From positions 1 to 41,047 of the forward strand of contig DASWDY010000018.1 of assembly GCA_036395035.1 (NCBI GenBank): DNA of 41,047 nucleotides, read 5' to 3'. Positions 16,510-24,213 of the stretch are shown in pieces. A model generated the notes under the pieces. It was not told the DNA's origin. It saw only the letters and a list, made by a program, of their open reading frames with translations, and searched no databases. Within the stretch, counting starts at the first letter, position 1, and each line of letters opens with the position of its first letter. Origin of the DNA: Candidatus Limnocylindria bacterium (GTDB lineage: Bacteria > Chloroflexota > Limnocylindria > P2-11E). A program made the translations under genes and the position numbers.

Positions 16510-19500
16510 GTGATCCCCCCCCGCCTCAGCGGTCGGCAGACTGACCGCGTGCATGCTCGGGTCCCGGAGGAGCGGACTCTGCGCGTCCGCGTCGCGCTCG
16601 CGTTCGGCCAGCGGATGGTCCGTCAGGCGATCCAGCGTTCGCTCAGCTCCGTCGACGACATCGAGCTCGTCGGTCTCGCGGAGGACGGCGCGTCCGCGAT
16701 GGACCTCGTGGCGCGCGAGCGTCCCGATGTACTGCTCATCGACGAATCGCTCCCCGACTACGATGGCGTCGATGCGCTGCTGACGATCGCGAAGCGCTAC
16801 CCGCGCATCGGTCTCGTCCTCATCACGCATGCGCAGACCGCGGCCGACCGCGCGTGCGCGAGCATCGCGGATGACACGGTGGGCCTCGGCCGCTCCGCGC
16901 TCCAGTTCGTCACCGCGATCCGCACGGTCGCGAAAGCGAGGAGAGCGCCGATGTCGCGCCTGACGAGCCTCGTGAGGGCCCGGCTCGTCGGCGGTCCGGT
17001 GAGCTGGAGGTTCCGCGCCGTGGCGCTCGTGGCGACGCTCATCGCGTTCGTCGCCGCATCCAGCGGCGTCGTTTATCTCCTCGCACCGCCCGAGCAGCAG
17101 GGCCCGAGCGTGGTCGCGTTCGAAGCGTCATCGAACCTCACGGTCTTCCGCGGACCGGTGAGCATGCGCCACGGGGAGTCCCCGTTCGTGATGGTGCAGA
17201 GCGGCGATGTCCTTCGAAGCGGGGACGCGATCCGCACCGGCGCGGACGCCAGCGCCGCGCTGACGTTCTTCGACGGTTCCACGGCGACCCTCGGAGGCGA
17301 GAGCGAGCTGTCGATCCTCGCGCTGCGCTCGACGGCCGATGGCCAGATCGTCGTCGTGCTGCGGCAGGACCGCGGCGAGAGCTGGCACGCGATCGCATCG
17401 AAGCTCGGAGCGGAAGCGCGCTACGAGATCCTGACGGCCGAGGGTGCGGCGTCCGCGAAGGGCACGGCGTTCTGGGTGAAGGCCGAGAGAGGTCAGACGT
17501 GGGTCGTGACGACGGAGGGCGTCGTCGCGGCCAGCTCGGCGAACAACGTCGTCGCGGTCGCTCTCGGCATGCGGACGGTCCTTGGCGGCGGTCGGGCCGC
17601 GACGCCGGCGAGCACGCCGGTGGCGGACGATCTCGTGCGCGTGTCGCTGGACGCGACCGGCACGGCGCTGTTCCGTGATCCGGACGGTCGCGTCGCGGGT
17701 GTGAAGGACGGGCAGCCCGTGCGGATCATCCCGGGCTCGAGCGTCGAGCAGGTCGCGGGGAGGGTCGTCATCACGATGCCGGAGCCGCTCGCGGGCCAGC
17801 TGACGTCGGTCGTGTGGCCGAACGACCCGAGCGCGACCGAGATCGCGATCGGCTGGGAGATGCGGATGAAGGGCGGTCAGACGATCCAGGCCGTCGAGAA
17901 GCGCCCCGTCGAGGGTGGTGCCGCGAAAGGCGCTGTCGCGATGTCCGCCACAGGGATGCAAGCGCTCTCCGACGCGGATGCGCGAGCCGCGCCTACGCCG
18001 GTGGTCCCGTCGCCCCCCAGCTCGCCCGTCGCCGCGCAGTTCACGGGGCCGCAGGGACCGCCGGGCCCTTCCGGTCCGAAGGGTGACCCAGGTGCACCGG
18101 GTCCCGCGGGCGCGGCCGGTCCGGCTGGCGTCGCGGGCGCCTCCGGCGCCGCGGGTCCCGCGGGAGCTGCTGGCGCGGTCGGTGCCGCCGGTCCCGCCGG
18201 CACGACGGGGCCCGCTGGTGCAGCCGGTCCCGCGGGTCCGACGGGTCCGACCGGTGCTGCCGGCCCTGCTGGCGCGACCGGACCCGCCGGTCCAGTTGGT
18301 CCTACCGGTGCCGTCGGCCCTGCTGGCCCAGCCGGTCCCGCCGGCCCGACCGGTCCCGCGCCGGACACGAGCGTCTACGCGACGCTGACCGGCGCTCAGA
18401 CGCTGCACGACAAGACGCTCATCGACGCGTGGTTCGGGAACACCACGAACGCGAACACGGTGAAGATCGCGAGCAGCCCGAACGGGTCTTCGTACTCGTT
18501 GACCCTTCCAACGGCGCAGGGCAGCGCGAACCAGCTCCTACAGAACGATGGCACTGGCCAGCTCGTGTGGGCGTCGAGCACCGCCGCGTCCGGCTACACC
18601 TCAGTCGAGAACAACGGCACGGCGGTGACCGCGCGCAGCACGATCAACCTGCCGAGCGGCAGCGGGCTCGTCGCGACGGACGCCGGCGGAAAGACCGAGC
18701 TCAAGGTGGACAGCGGGACGGTCGTGTTCCTCACCGGCGCGCAGACGATCGGCGGCACGAAGACGTTCAGCTCCACGATCGTCGGCGACATCAGCGGGAA
18801 CGCTGGGACGGTCACGAACGGCGTGTACACGAGCGGGTCGTACGCGGATCCGTCGTGGATCACGTCGATCGCCGGATCCAAAGTGAGCGGGAACATCGCC
18901 GGCAACGCCGCCACGGCCACCGCCCTGGCCACGGCGCGCACCATCAACGGCGTCAGCTTCGACGGCACCGCGAATATCACCGTCCCCGCCGCCGCGGGCA
19001 CGCTCACCGGCTCGACGCTGGCCAGCAACGTGACCGGATCCTCGCTCACCAGCGTCGGCACGCTGAGCGGCCTCACCACCAGCGGCGCCATCAGCGCGCC
19101 CACGACGGCCAACACCATCAACGGCCTCGTCATCAGCAGCGGCGCGCTCTCCGGTGTGACCACCATCGGCGCCAGCGGCACGGTCACCGCGGGCGGCTTC
19201 TCGGGGCCACTGACCGGCAACGTGACGGGGAACGTGAGCGGGAGCGCGGCGAGCTTCACCGGCTCGCTCGCGGGCGACGTGACCGGCACGCAGGGCGCGA
19301 CGAGCGTCGTCAAGCTGAACGGCAACACGATCCCGGCGAACGCCGCCGGCGCGCTCACCAACGACGGGAGCGGGAACCTGACGTGGACCGTGTCTGGCGC
19401 GTGCAGCACATGCCTTGTGACGAACCCGAGCGCGACAAGCGTGAACACGATCGCGCCCACCGCCAACAACGTGGTCGGCCTCACGGTGAAGGGCACGACT

Positions 19501-22191
19501 GGGACCGCCGCGAACGTCCTCGAGGTGTTCGACTCCACGGCGACGCCGACGCGGCAGGCGTACTTCGACAGCACCGGCGCGCTCATCGCGAGCCGCCCGA
19601 TCACCGCCAGCGGCGGCGTCACCGGGAACCTCACCGGCAACGTGACCGGGGATGTGACGGGCAACGTCACCGGGAACGTGACGGGGAACGGCGCGCTCAC
19701 GCTCCAGGCGGGTGCCGGCAACAACAACGCGACGTTCGCGTCGACCGGCAGCGGGACGACCACCGTCGGTCAGGCCAGCGGAGGCACGACGATCGCGGGC
19801 AGCAGCCTCTCGTACGCCAACAACACCGCGTTCTCCGGCACCGCCGCGGGCATCTCGAGCACCGGCAACTTCACGGGCACGCTCTTCAAGCTCACCGCCG
19901 ATAGCACGACGGCTGGCACCATCCTCGGCATCAGTGGGCTCGGGCTTACGACGGGCAAGGCCATCGACGTGCAGCTGAACGCGCTCTACACGGGCGCGAG
20001 CGCGGTGAACATCAACGCCGGCGCGTACACCGGCACGATCCTCAACGTGTCGAGCTCGTCAGCGGCGGTCAGCCCCACGGGCAGCACGAGCCTCGCGTCG
20101 TTCTCCACCCCCGCGATCGGTGGCCAGATCCTGAGCGTCAGCGGCACGGGCCTGCTGAGCGCGAACAGCGGGCGCGCCATCAACGTCATGCTCGGGAGCT
20201 CGTCGGGCGGCGGCACCGGGATCTACCTGGACACGAGCGGCGCGGGCTACACGGGGAACTTCGTCGACTTGCGCCAGAGCGGCACCTCGAAGCTGACGAT
20301 CGACCAGACCGGCGCGATCACGACTGCCGGTAACTTCACGCAGACCGGCAGCGCGACGCTCGCGACCGGCACCGGCGCGGTCAGCCTGAACGGCGCGACG
20401 AGCGTGACCGGCAGCAACCCGTTCACCGTCGGCACGGGGACCTCCACGTTCGGCGGGAACATCAGCCAGACCGCGGGCAACTTCGCCCAGAGCGGCCCCG
20501 GCACGTTCTCGACCGGCACCGGCACGGTGTCCTTGAACGGCGACACGACCCTCGCCTCAGGCAAGAGCTTCACGCAGTCGGGCGCGGGGACGTTCTCGAC
20601 CGGCACCGGCGCGGTGTCCTTGAACGGCAGCACGACGCTGGCGGCGGACAAGACCTTCTCGGCCTCGAGCACGAGCGCGTTCACGGGCACGCTCGTCTCC
20701 CTCACCGCGTCGCAGACCAGCGGCACGGTCCTCGGGATCACCGCGAGCTCGCTGACGGGCGGCAAGGCGATCGACGTCCAGACCGGCGGCGGCTTCACCG
20801 GCACCGTCGTGAACCTCAGCGGCGGCGCGGCGTCGAACAGCGGGTCCGTCCTTCTGGGCCTGTCGAGCGGTCAGACGGTGGGCCAGGTACTCGGCGTCAA
20901 TGCCTCGGGCATCTACACCGGCAGCGGCCTCATGCAGCTGAACGCGAATGCCGCGACGACCGGGACCGTGCTCGGCATCAGCGCGACCGCACTGACCACG
21001 GGGAAGGCGCTCTCCTTCGTCCTCGGCACTGCCGGGACCGGGATCTCGATCAACGCGGCGACCGGATACACGGGTACCTTCGTGGACTACGGCGTCAACG
21101 GCACGTCGAAGTTCTCGGTCGACCAGGCGGGCAAGATCACTGGCGCGGGTGGCCTTCTCATCTCGTCCGGCGGCGCCGCCATCACCGGCAACAGCACGAT
21201 CACGGGAGCGCTCTCCGGCCTCACTGCGCTCACGTCGTCGGGGACGATCACGTTCAGCGGCCTCAGCAGCGCCGGACTGGTGACCAACGACGCGAGCGGC
21301 GTCCTCAGCTCGGTCGCCAACAGCAGTGGGACCAACGGTCAGGTGCTGACCCTCTCGGGCGGCGTGCCCACATGGGCGACGGACACGCGCAGCGGCACGG
21401 CGATCTTCGGCGATGGCAGCGACGGTGACGTGACGATCAGCGGGAACACCACGCTGGCGCGCGACATGTTCTACAACAGCCTCACCGTCAACAGCGGCGT
21501 CACGCTCAGCACCGGCAACTTCCGCGTCTTCGTCAAGGGCACGGCGACGGTGAACGGCGCGATCAGCGCGGACGGACCGAACGGCACCAATGCGGCGTCG
21601 GGCGCGGCCGGGACGGGCGGCACCGCCCCCGCGGCCGGGACGATGGGCAAGGGCAATAGCGGCGGCAACGCGGTCAGCAACAACGCTGGCCAGGCGGGCA
21701 CGGCGGCGACGATGTCGCAGGGCGGCGCGGGTGGAACGGGCTCCGCCTCGACGGGGACGGTGAAGGCGGGTGGCGCGGGTGGCACGGTGACCGCACCGAC
21801 GCCGGTCACTGGCTCGCTGCGGAACGTAGCGCTCGCGTTGACAGGCATCGCCGGCTTCAATCAGATCAACGGCGGCGCCGGTGGCGGAGGCGGCGGTTCG
21901 GCGAGCGCGGCGAACGTTGGCGGAGGCGGCGGCGCGGGCGGCGGTGTCCTCTTCCTCGCGGCGAGCTCGATCAGCGTCGGCGGCAGCGGAACCATCAGCG
22001 CCAACGGGGGCAGCGGCGGCAACGGCTTCAACACTGGCGGCGGCGGCGGCGGTGGCGGCGGCGGCGCGGTCGTGGTCGTGTACGGCAGCTACTCGGGCGC
22101 CTCTCCGACGGCCAGCGCGGGCGCCGCGGGCAGCGGCGGCACGGCGGGTGCCGCGGCGAGCGCCGGCGTCGTGATCACCCTCGTCAACTAG
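16510..22191 (+). CDS. giant membrane-anchored fibre protein: receiver-like domain, TM helix, FecR-like domain, collagen triple-helix repeat, tail-fibre-like Gly/Thr/Ser-rich rod and Gly-rich C-terminal module
   Basis: A single uninterrupted 1,893-codon frame. The start is uncertain: GTG 16510, or GTG 16549 which gives [15 protein letters not shown]. The domain calls are detailed in the sub-features and findings. Confidence 0.85.
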   Translation: MIPPRLSGRQTDRVHARVPEERTLRVRVALAFGQRMVRQAIQRSLSSVDDIELVGLAEDGASAMDLVARERPDVLLIDESLPDYDGVDALLTIAKRYPRIGLVLITHAQTAADRACASIADDTVGLGRSALQFVTAIRTVAKARRAPMSRLTSLVRARLVGGPVSWRFRAVALVATLIAFVAASSGVVYLLAPPEQQGPSVVAFEASSNLTVFRGPVSMRHGESPFVMVQSGDVLRSGDAIRTGADASAALTFFDGSTATLGGESELSILALRSTADGQIVVVLRQDRGESWHAIASKLGAEARYEILTAEGAASAKGTAFWVKAERGQTWVVTTEGVVAASSANNVVAVALGMRTVLGGGRAATPASTPVADDLVRVSLDATGTALFRDPDGRVAGVKDGQPVRIIPGSSVEQVAGRVVITMPEPLAGQLTSVVWPNDPSATEIAIGWEMRMKGGQTIQAVEKRPVEGGAAKGAVAMSATGMQALSDADARAAPTPVVPSPPSSPVAAQFTGPQGPPGPSGPKGDPGAPGPAGAAGPAGVAGASGAAGPAGAAGAVGAAGPAGTTGPAGAAGPAGPTGPTGAAGPAGATGPAGPVGPTGAVGPAGPAGPAGPTGPAPDTSVYATLTGAQTLHDKTLIDAWFGNTTNANTVKIASSPNGSSYSLTLPTAQGSANQLLQNDGTGQLVWASSTAASGYTSVENNGTAVTARSTINLPSGSGLVATDAGGKTELKVDSGTVVFLTGAQTIGGTKTFSSTIVGDISGNAGTVTNGVYTSGSYADPSWITSIAGSKVSGNIAGNAATATALATARTINGVSFDGTANITVPAAAGTLTGSTLASNVTGSSLTSVGTLSGLTTSGAISAPTTANTINGLVISSGALSGVTTIGASGTVTAGGFSGPLTGNVTGNVSGSAASFTGSLAGDVTGTQGATSVVKLNGNTIPANAAGALTNDGSGNLTWTVSGACSTCLVTNPSATSVNTIAPTANNVVGLTVKGTTGTAANVLEVFDSTATPTRQAYFDSTGALIASRPITASGGVTGNLTGNVTGDVTGNVTGNVTGNGALTLQAGAGNNNATFASTGSGTTTVGQASGGTTIAGSSLSYANNTAFSGTAAGISSTGNFTGTLFKLTADSTTAGTILGISGLGLTTGKAIDVQLNALYTGASAVNINAGAYTGTILNVSSSSAAVSPTGSTSLASFSTPAIGGQILSVSGTGLLSANSGRAINVMLGSSSGGGTGIYLDTSGAGYTGNFVDLRQSGTSKLTIDQTGAITTAGNFTQTGSATLATGTGAVSLNGATSVTGSNPFTVGTGTSTFGGNISQTAGNFAQSGPGTFSTGTGTVSLNGDTTLASGKSFTQSGAGTFSTGTGAVSLNGSTTLAADKTFSASSTSAFTGTLVSLTASQTSGTVLGITASSLTGGKAIDVQTGGGFTGTVVNLSGGAASNSGSVLLGLSSGQTVGQVLGVNASGIYTGSGLMQLNANAATTGTVLGISATALTTGKALSFVLGTAGTGISINAATGYTGTFVDYGVNGTSKFSVDQAGKITGAGGLLISSGGAAITGNSTITGALSGLTALTSSGTITFSGLSSAGLVTNDASGVLSSVANSSGTNGQVLTLSGGVPTWATDTRSGTAIFGDGSDGDVTISGNTTLARDMFYNSLTVNSGVTLSTGNFRVFVKGTATVNGAISADGPNGTNAASGAAGTGGTAPAAGTMGKGNSGGNAVSNNAGQAGTAATMSQGGAGGTGSASTGTVKAGGAGGTVTAPTPVTGSLRNVALALTGIAGFNQINGGAGGGGGGSASAANVGGGGGAGGGVLFLAASSISVGGSGTISANGGSGGNGFNTGGGGGGGGGGAVVVVYGSYSGASPTASAGAAGSGGTAGAAASAGVVITLVN
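16579..16944 (+). other. segment encoding a degenerate (pseudo-)receiver domain, aa 24-145
   Basis: [18 protein letters not shown]...[57 protein letters not shown] aligns with NarL-type REC domains. Asp78 (acceptor position) and Thr105 are kept. The acidic DD pair after beta-1 is replaced by F32-G33, and the beta-5 Lys is not evident. Confidence 0.65.
17008..17544 (+). other. segment encoding the single TM helix (aa 167-190) and the FecR-like domain (aa about 205-345)
   Basis: The TM helix is [24 protein letters not shown]. It is followed by [31 protein letters not shown] ... KGTAFWV, the characteristic FecR-domain pattern (..L.DGS...L...s.l.i ... GT.F.V). Confidence 0.6.
18046..18360 (+). 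repeat. collagen-like repeat: 35 uninterrupted G-X-Y triplets (105 aa)
   Basis: [105 protein letters not shown]. Gly occupies every third position with no interruption. Confidence 0.9.
18790..18984 (+). other. segment resembling the phage tail-fibre repeat
   Basis: [65 protein letters not shown]. The A..LA..R.I.G..FDG..NI pattern is what I recall from the Phage_fiber_2-type repeats of lambda/T-even tail fibres. This needs HMM confirmation. Confidence 0.45.
19618..19689 (+). repeat. 12-nt tandem repeat x6 encoding (V/L)TG(N/D) tetrapeptides
   Basis: The peptide reads [24 protein letters not shown]. The DNA units are gtcaccgggaac, ctcaccggcaac, gtgaccggggat, gtgacgggcaac, gtcaccgggaac and gtgacggggaac. 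Confidence 0.85.
20470..20655 (+). repeat. 87-nt (29-aa) tandem duplication inside the fibre gene
   Basis: The two units are [29 protein letters not shown] and [30 protein letters not shown] 39-nt core at 20503-20541 matches 20590-20628 with one mismatch. A more diverged third copy lies at about 20329-20412. Confidence 0.8.
22036..22065 (+). repeat. (GGC)5-GGT-(GGC)4 microsatellite encoding Gly10
   Basis: This is a direct reading of ggcggcggcggcggcggtggcggcggcggc. It lies within the Gly-rich C-terminal module ([17 protein letters not shown]). Confidence 0.9.
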
Positions 22192-22211
22192 TCCGCCGAA
22201 AGGTCGTAGAG

Positions 22212-22616
22212 ATGCGGGATGCGGCGCGACGCCTCGTGCGTGTGGGGGCGTCCCTTGTGCTGGCGGCGCTCCTTCTCGCGGGGTCCTTCTCGTTCGTCCG
22301 CTGGTGGGACCTGACGCTGCCCTCCATCGGGCACGCGACGTACCAGGCCGTGTTCCTCTCGAACGGCCAGGTCTTCTTCGGCCGTTACTACGACCGCATC
22401 GGGCCATACGTGAAGATCGTGTCGCCCTACTACATCCAGCAGACGGGTGATCCGAGCGACGCGACCAAGCCCGCCGAGTCGCGCATCGTACGGAGAGGCG
22501 ACGAGCTCCATGCCCCGCTGCCCGAGATGCTCGTGCCGCGCACTTCCTTGCTCTTCGTCGAGGATCTCTCTGCGGGCTCGGCGGTCGCGCAGTTCATCGC
22601 GAAGGACCGGCCGTGA
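22212..22616 (+). CDS. small membrane-anchored protein, paralog 1 of an unrecognised family
   Basis: 134 aa. The ATG is 20 nt after the fibre-gene stop, with GAAAGG upstream. It has one N-terminal TM helix and shares the motifs VFLSNGQVFFG, YY, RRGDELHAP and LLFVEDL..GSAV with 22613..23011 and 23584..24135. Confidence 0.7.
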   Translation: MRDAARRLVRVGASLVLAALLLAGSFSFVRWWDLTLPSIGHATYQAVFLSNGQVFFGRYYDRIGPYVKIVSPYYIQQTGDPSDATKPAESRIVRRGDELHAPLPEMLVPRTSLLFVEDLSAGSAVAQFIAKDRP

Positions 22617-23011
22617 GGCTCCAGCTGGATCGCCGCTGGCTGGCGCAGTGGATCGGGATCCCGCTGCTCGCGGGTGCGCTCCTCGCGCTCATCGTCCCTC
22701 CGCCATCCGCGTGGAGCGTCGAGCGCATGAGCGCCGTCCTCCTTCTCGACGGCCAGGCGTACTTCGGGCATGTCACCGAGGTGCCGTGGTCCGACACCGT
22801 GCAGGTGAACGACGTGTATTACTTCCAGGACGCCCGCGGGAGCTCGATGAACCTGCCGCTCGGGCTGCAGCGCCGAGGCGGTGAGCTGCATCAGCCGACG
22901 GACGGGATGTCGCTCCGCCGCGACAAGATCCTCGCCATCGAGCCGCTGTCGGTCTCGTCGGCGGTACGCAGGGCGATCGCGGTCGAGCGCGTGCTGCAAG
23001 GGGCACGCTGA
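22613..23011 (+). CDS. small membrane-anchored protein, paralog 2
   Basis: 132 aa with a GTGA overlap with paralog 1. It has an N-terminal TM helix and the motifs VLLLDGQAYFGH, VYYFQ, QRRGGELHQP and ILAIEPLSVSSAV. Confidence 0.7.
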   Translation: MRLQLDRRWLAQWIGIPLLAGALLALIVPPPSAWSVERMSAVLLLDGQAYFGHVTEVPWSDTVQVNDVYYFQDARGSSMNLPLGLQRRGGELHQPTDGMSLRRDKILAIEPLSVSSAVRRAIAVERVLQGAR

Positions 23012-23013
23012 CG

Positions 23014-23556
23014 ATGGCCTTGCGCGTCTCGGTCAGGGGCCTGTTGCTCGGTGGCAGCGTGCTCGCGATCATCGCGACCGCCGTACCCGCGCTGCTGCCG
23101 GCAGCCGGCGAGGAGCTGACGCCGCGGACCGTCGCCGGCCGCGAGCTCGTCGATGCCCAGGTGATCGCGACCCAGCGTGCGGTCCAGCGCGGTCACGCCC
23201 GCGCTCTCGGACAGCTGAGCCAGGTCCGACAGCTGAAGCTCGCCATCACTGAGGCTCAGGCGGCGGCCATCGAGCGCAAGGCCAAGGACGACCTCAGCGC
23301 GGTCCGGCGCGAGGCCATCGCCACGGTCGCGGGCCTCATCGGTCTCAAGGGCGCGCAGATCGAGCCCTACGTGGTGAGCACGGAACGTGAGCTCGACCGA
23401 GCCGACCTCGGGGCAGAGCCGGGCGTGCTCTTGGCGCCCCAGCTCTTCAACGTCGTCCGACGGGCCGACGCGCTGCTCGGGCAGATCGCGGATCGCGCTA
23501 CTCGCGAGCTGACCGGGAGCGGGGCGACGCCCAGCCCGCGGCCGACCGGTCCATAA
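23014..23556 (+). CDS. membrane-anchored or secreted helical (coiled-coil-like) protein
   Basis: 180 aa, with the ATG 2 nt after the paralog-2 stop. The hydrophobic N-terminus is LLLGGSVLAIIATAVPALLPAAG. The rest is an Ala/Gln/Arg/Leu-rich helical sequence with a Pro-rich C-terminus. Confidence 0.65.
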   Translation: MALRVSVRGLLLGGSVLAIIATAVPALLPAAGEELTPRTVAGRELVDAQVIATQRAVQRGHARALGQLSQVRQLKLAITEAQAAAIERKAKDDLSAVRREAIATVAGLIGLKGAQIEPYVVSTERELDRADLGAEPGVLLAPQLFNVVRRADALLGQIADRATRELTGSGATPSPRPTGP

Positions 23557-23583
23557 CGGGTCGATGGAGAAGGAGAGAGCGAC

Positions 23584-24135
23584 GTGGATATCGAGCTGAG
23601 GGAGGGCCTCCGCCGCGTGCTGCTGGTCATCCTCGCGGCGCTCCTGGCCCTCGGGCTGGGGACGACCGCGTACGCGTGGAACGAGGGCTTGCCGCCGTTC
23701 GGACCGAGCGACGATCAGTGGTCTGGGGTCTTCCTCACGAACGGGCAGGCATACTTCGGGCACTTCTACGCCGCCCCGGGCGACTACGCGCGGCTGCGCG
23801 AGGTCTACTACGTGCTCGCGACGCAGTTGCAGCCGTCCGATCCGCGCGTCCCGGTCCAGACGCAGCTCAGCCTGCAGCGGCTCGGTGGCGAGATCCACGG
23901 TCCGAAGCGCGACATGAGGGTCTCGAAGGCGCAGATCCTCTTCGTCGAGGATCTCCGTCCGGACTCGCCGGTCGTCGCGACGATCCAGCAGCTGCGCCAG
24001 GGGATCGTCCCCGCGCCGCAGCAACCCGCGCCGGCCCCGCCGACGCAGGCGCCGGCGACCGCGTCGCCGACACCGCCGCCCACCACGGTCGGACCGACCC
24101 CGACGCGGACCGCCTCGCCGTCACCCACGCGCTGA
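23584..24135 (+). CDS. small membrane-anchored protein, paralog 3, with a Pro/Thr/Ala-rich C-terminal tail
   Basis: 183 aa with a GTG start preceded by GAAGGAG. It has an N-terminal TM helix and the motifs VFLTNGQAYFGH, VYYV, QRLGGEIHGP and ILFVEDLRPDSPV. The tail reads PAPQQPAPAPPTQAPATASPTPPPTTVGPTPTRTASPSPT. Confidence 0.7.
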   Translation: MDIELREGLRRVLLVILAALLALGLGTTAYAWNEGLPPFGPSDDQWSGVFLTNGQAYFGHFYAAPGDYARLREVYYVLATQLQPSDPRVPVQTQLSLQRLGGEIHGPKRDMRVSKAQILFVEDLRPDSPVVATIQQLRQGIVPAPQQPAPAPPTQAPATASPTPPPTTVGPTPTRTASPSPTR

Positions 24136-24213
24136 TAGAAAGGTGAGATAAGGCTTCTCCTTCGCGTCGCGGCCGTCGCCGTCGCCGGAGCGGCGCTGTA
24201 CGAGGCGGGATCC

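Noticed and set aside
17877-18368. Minus-strand 163-aa ORF that also reads as a GPAGPAGP collagen-like protein
   Set aside because: It is the reverse complement of the GGN-CCN-GCN triplets in the + strand collagen tract. It is embedded in the uninterrupted 1,893-codon + frame and has no start context of its own. It is a codon-symmetry artefact.
17128-22407. Long minus-strand ORFs across the fibre gene (17128..18408, 18594..19763, 20557..22407)
   Set aside because: Their compositions are Arg/Gly/Ala/Pro-rich or Val/Pro/Ala-rich and they have no motifs. They overlap the far longer + strand frame, which has coherent domain structure and internal repeats in phase with that frame.
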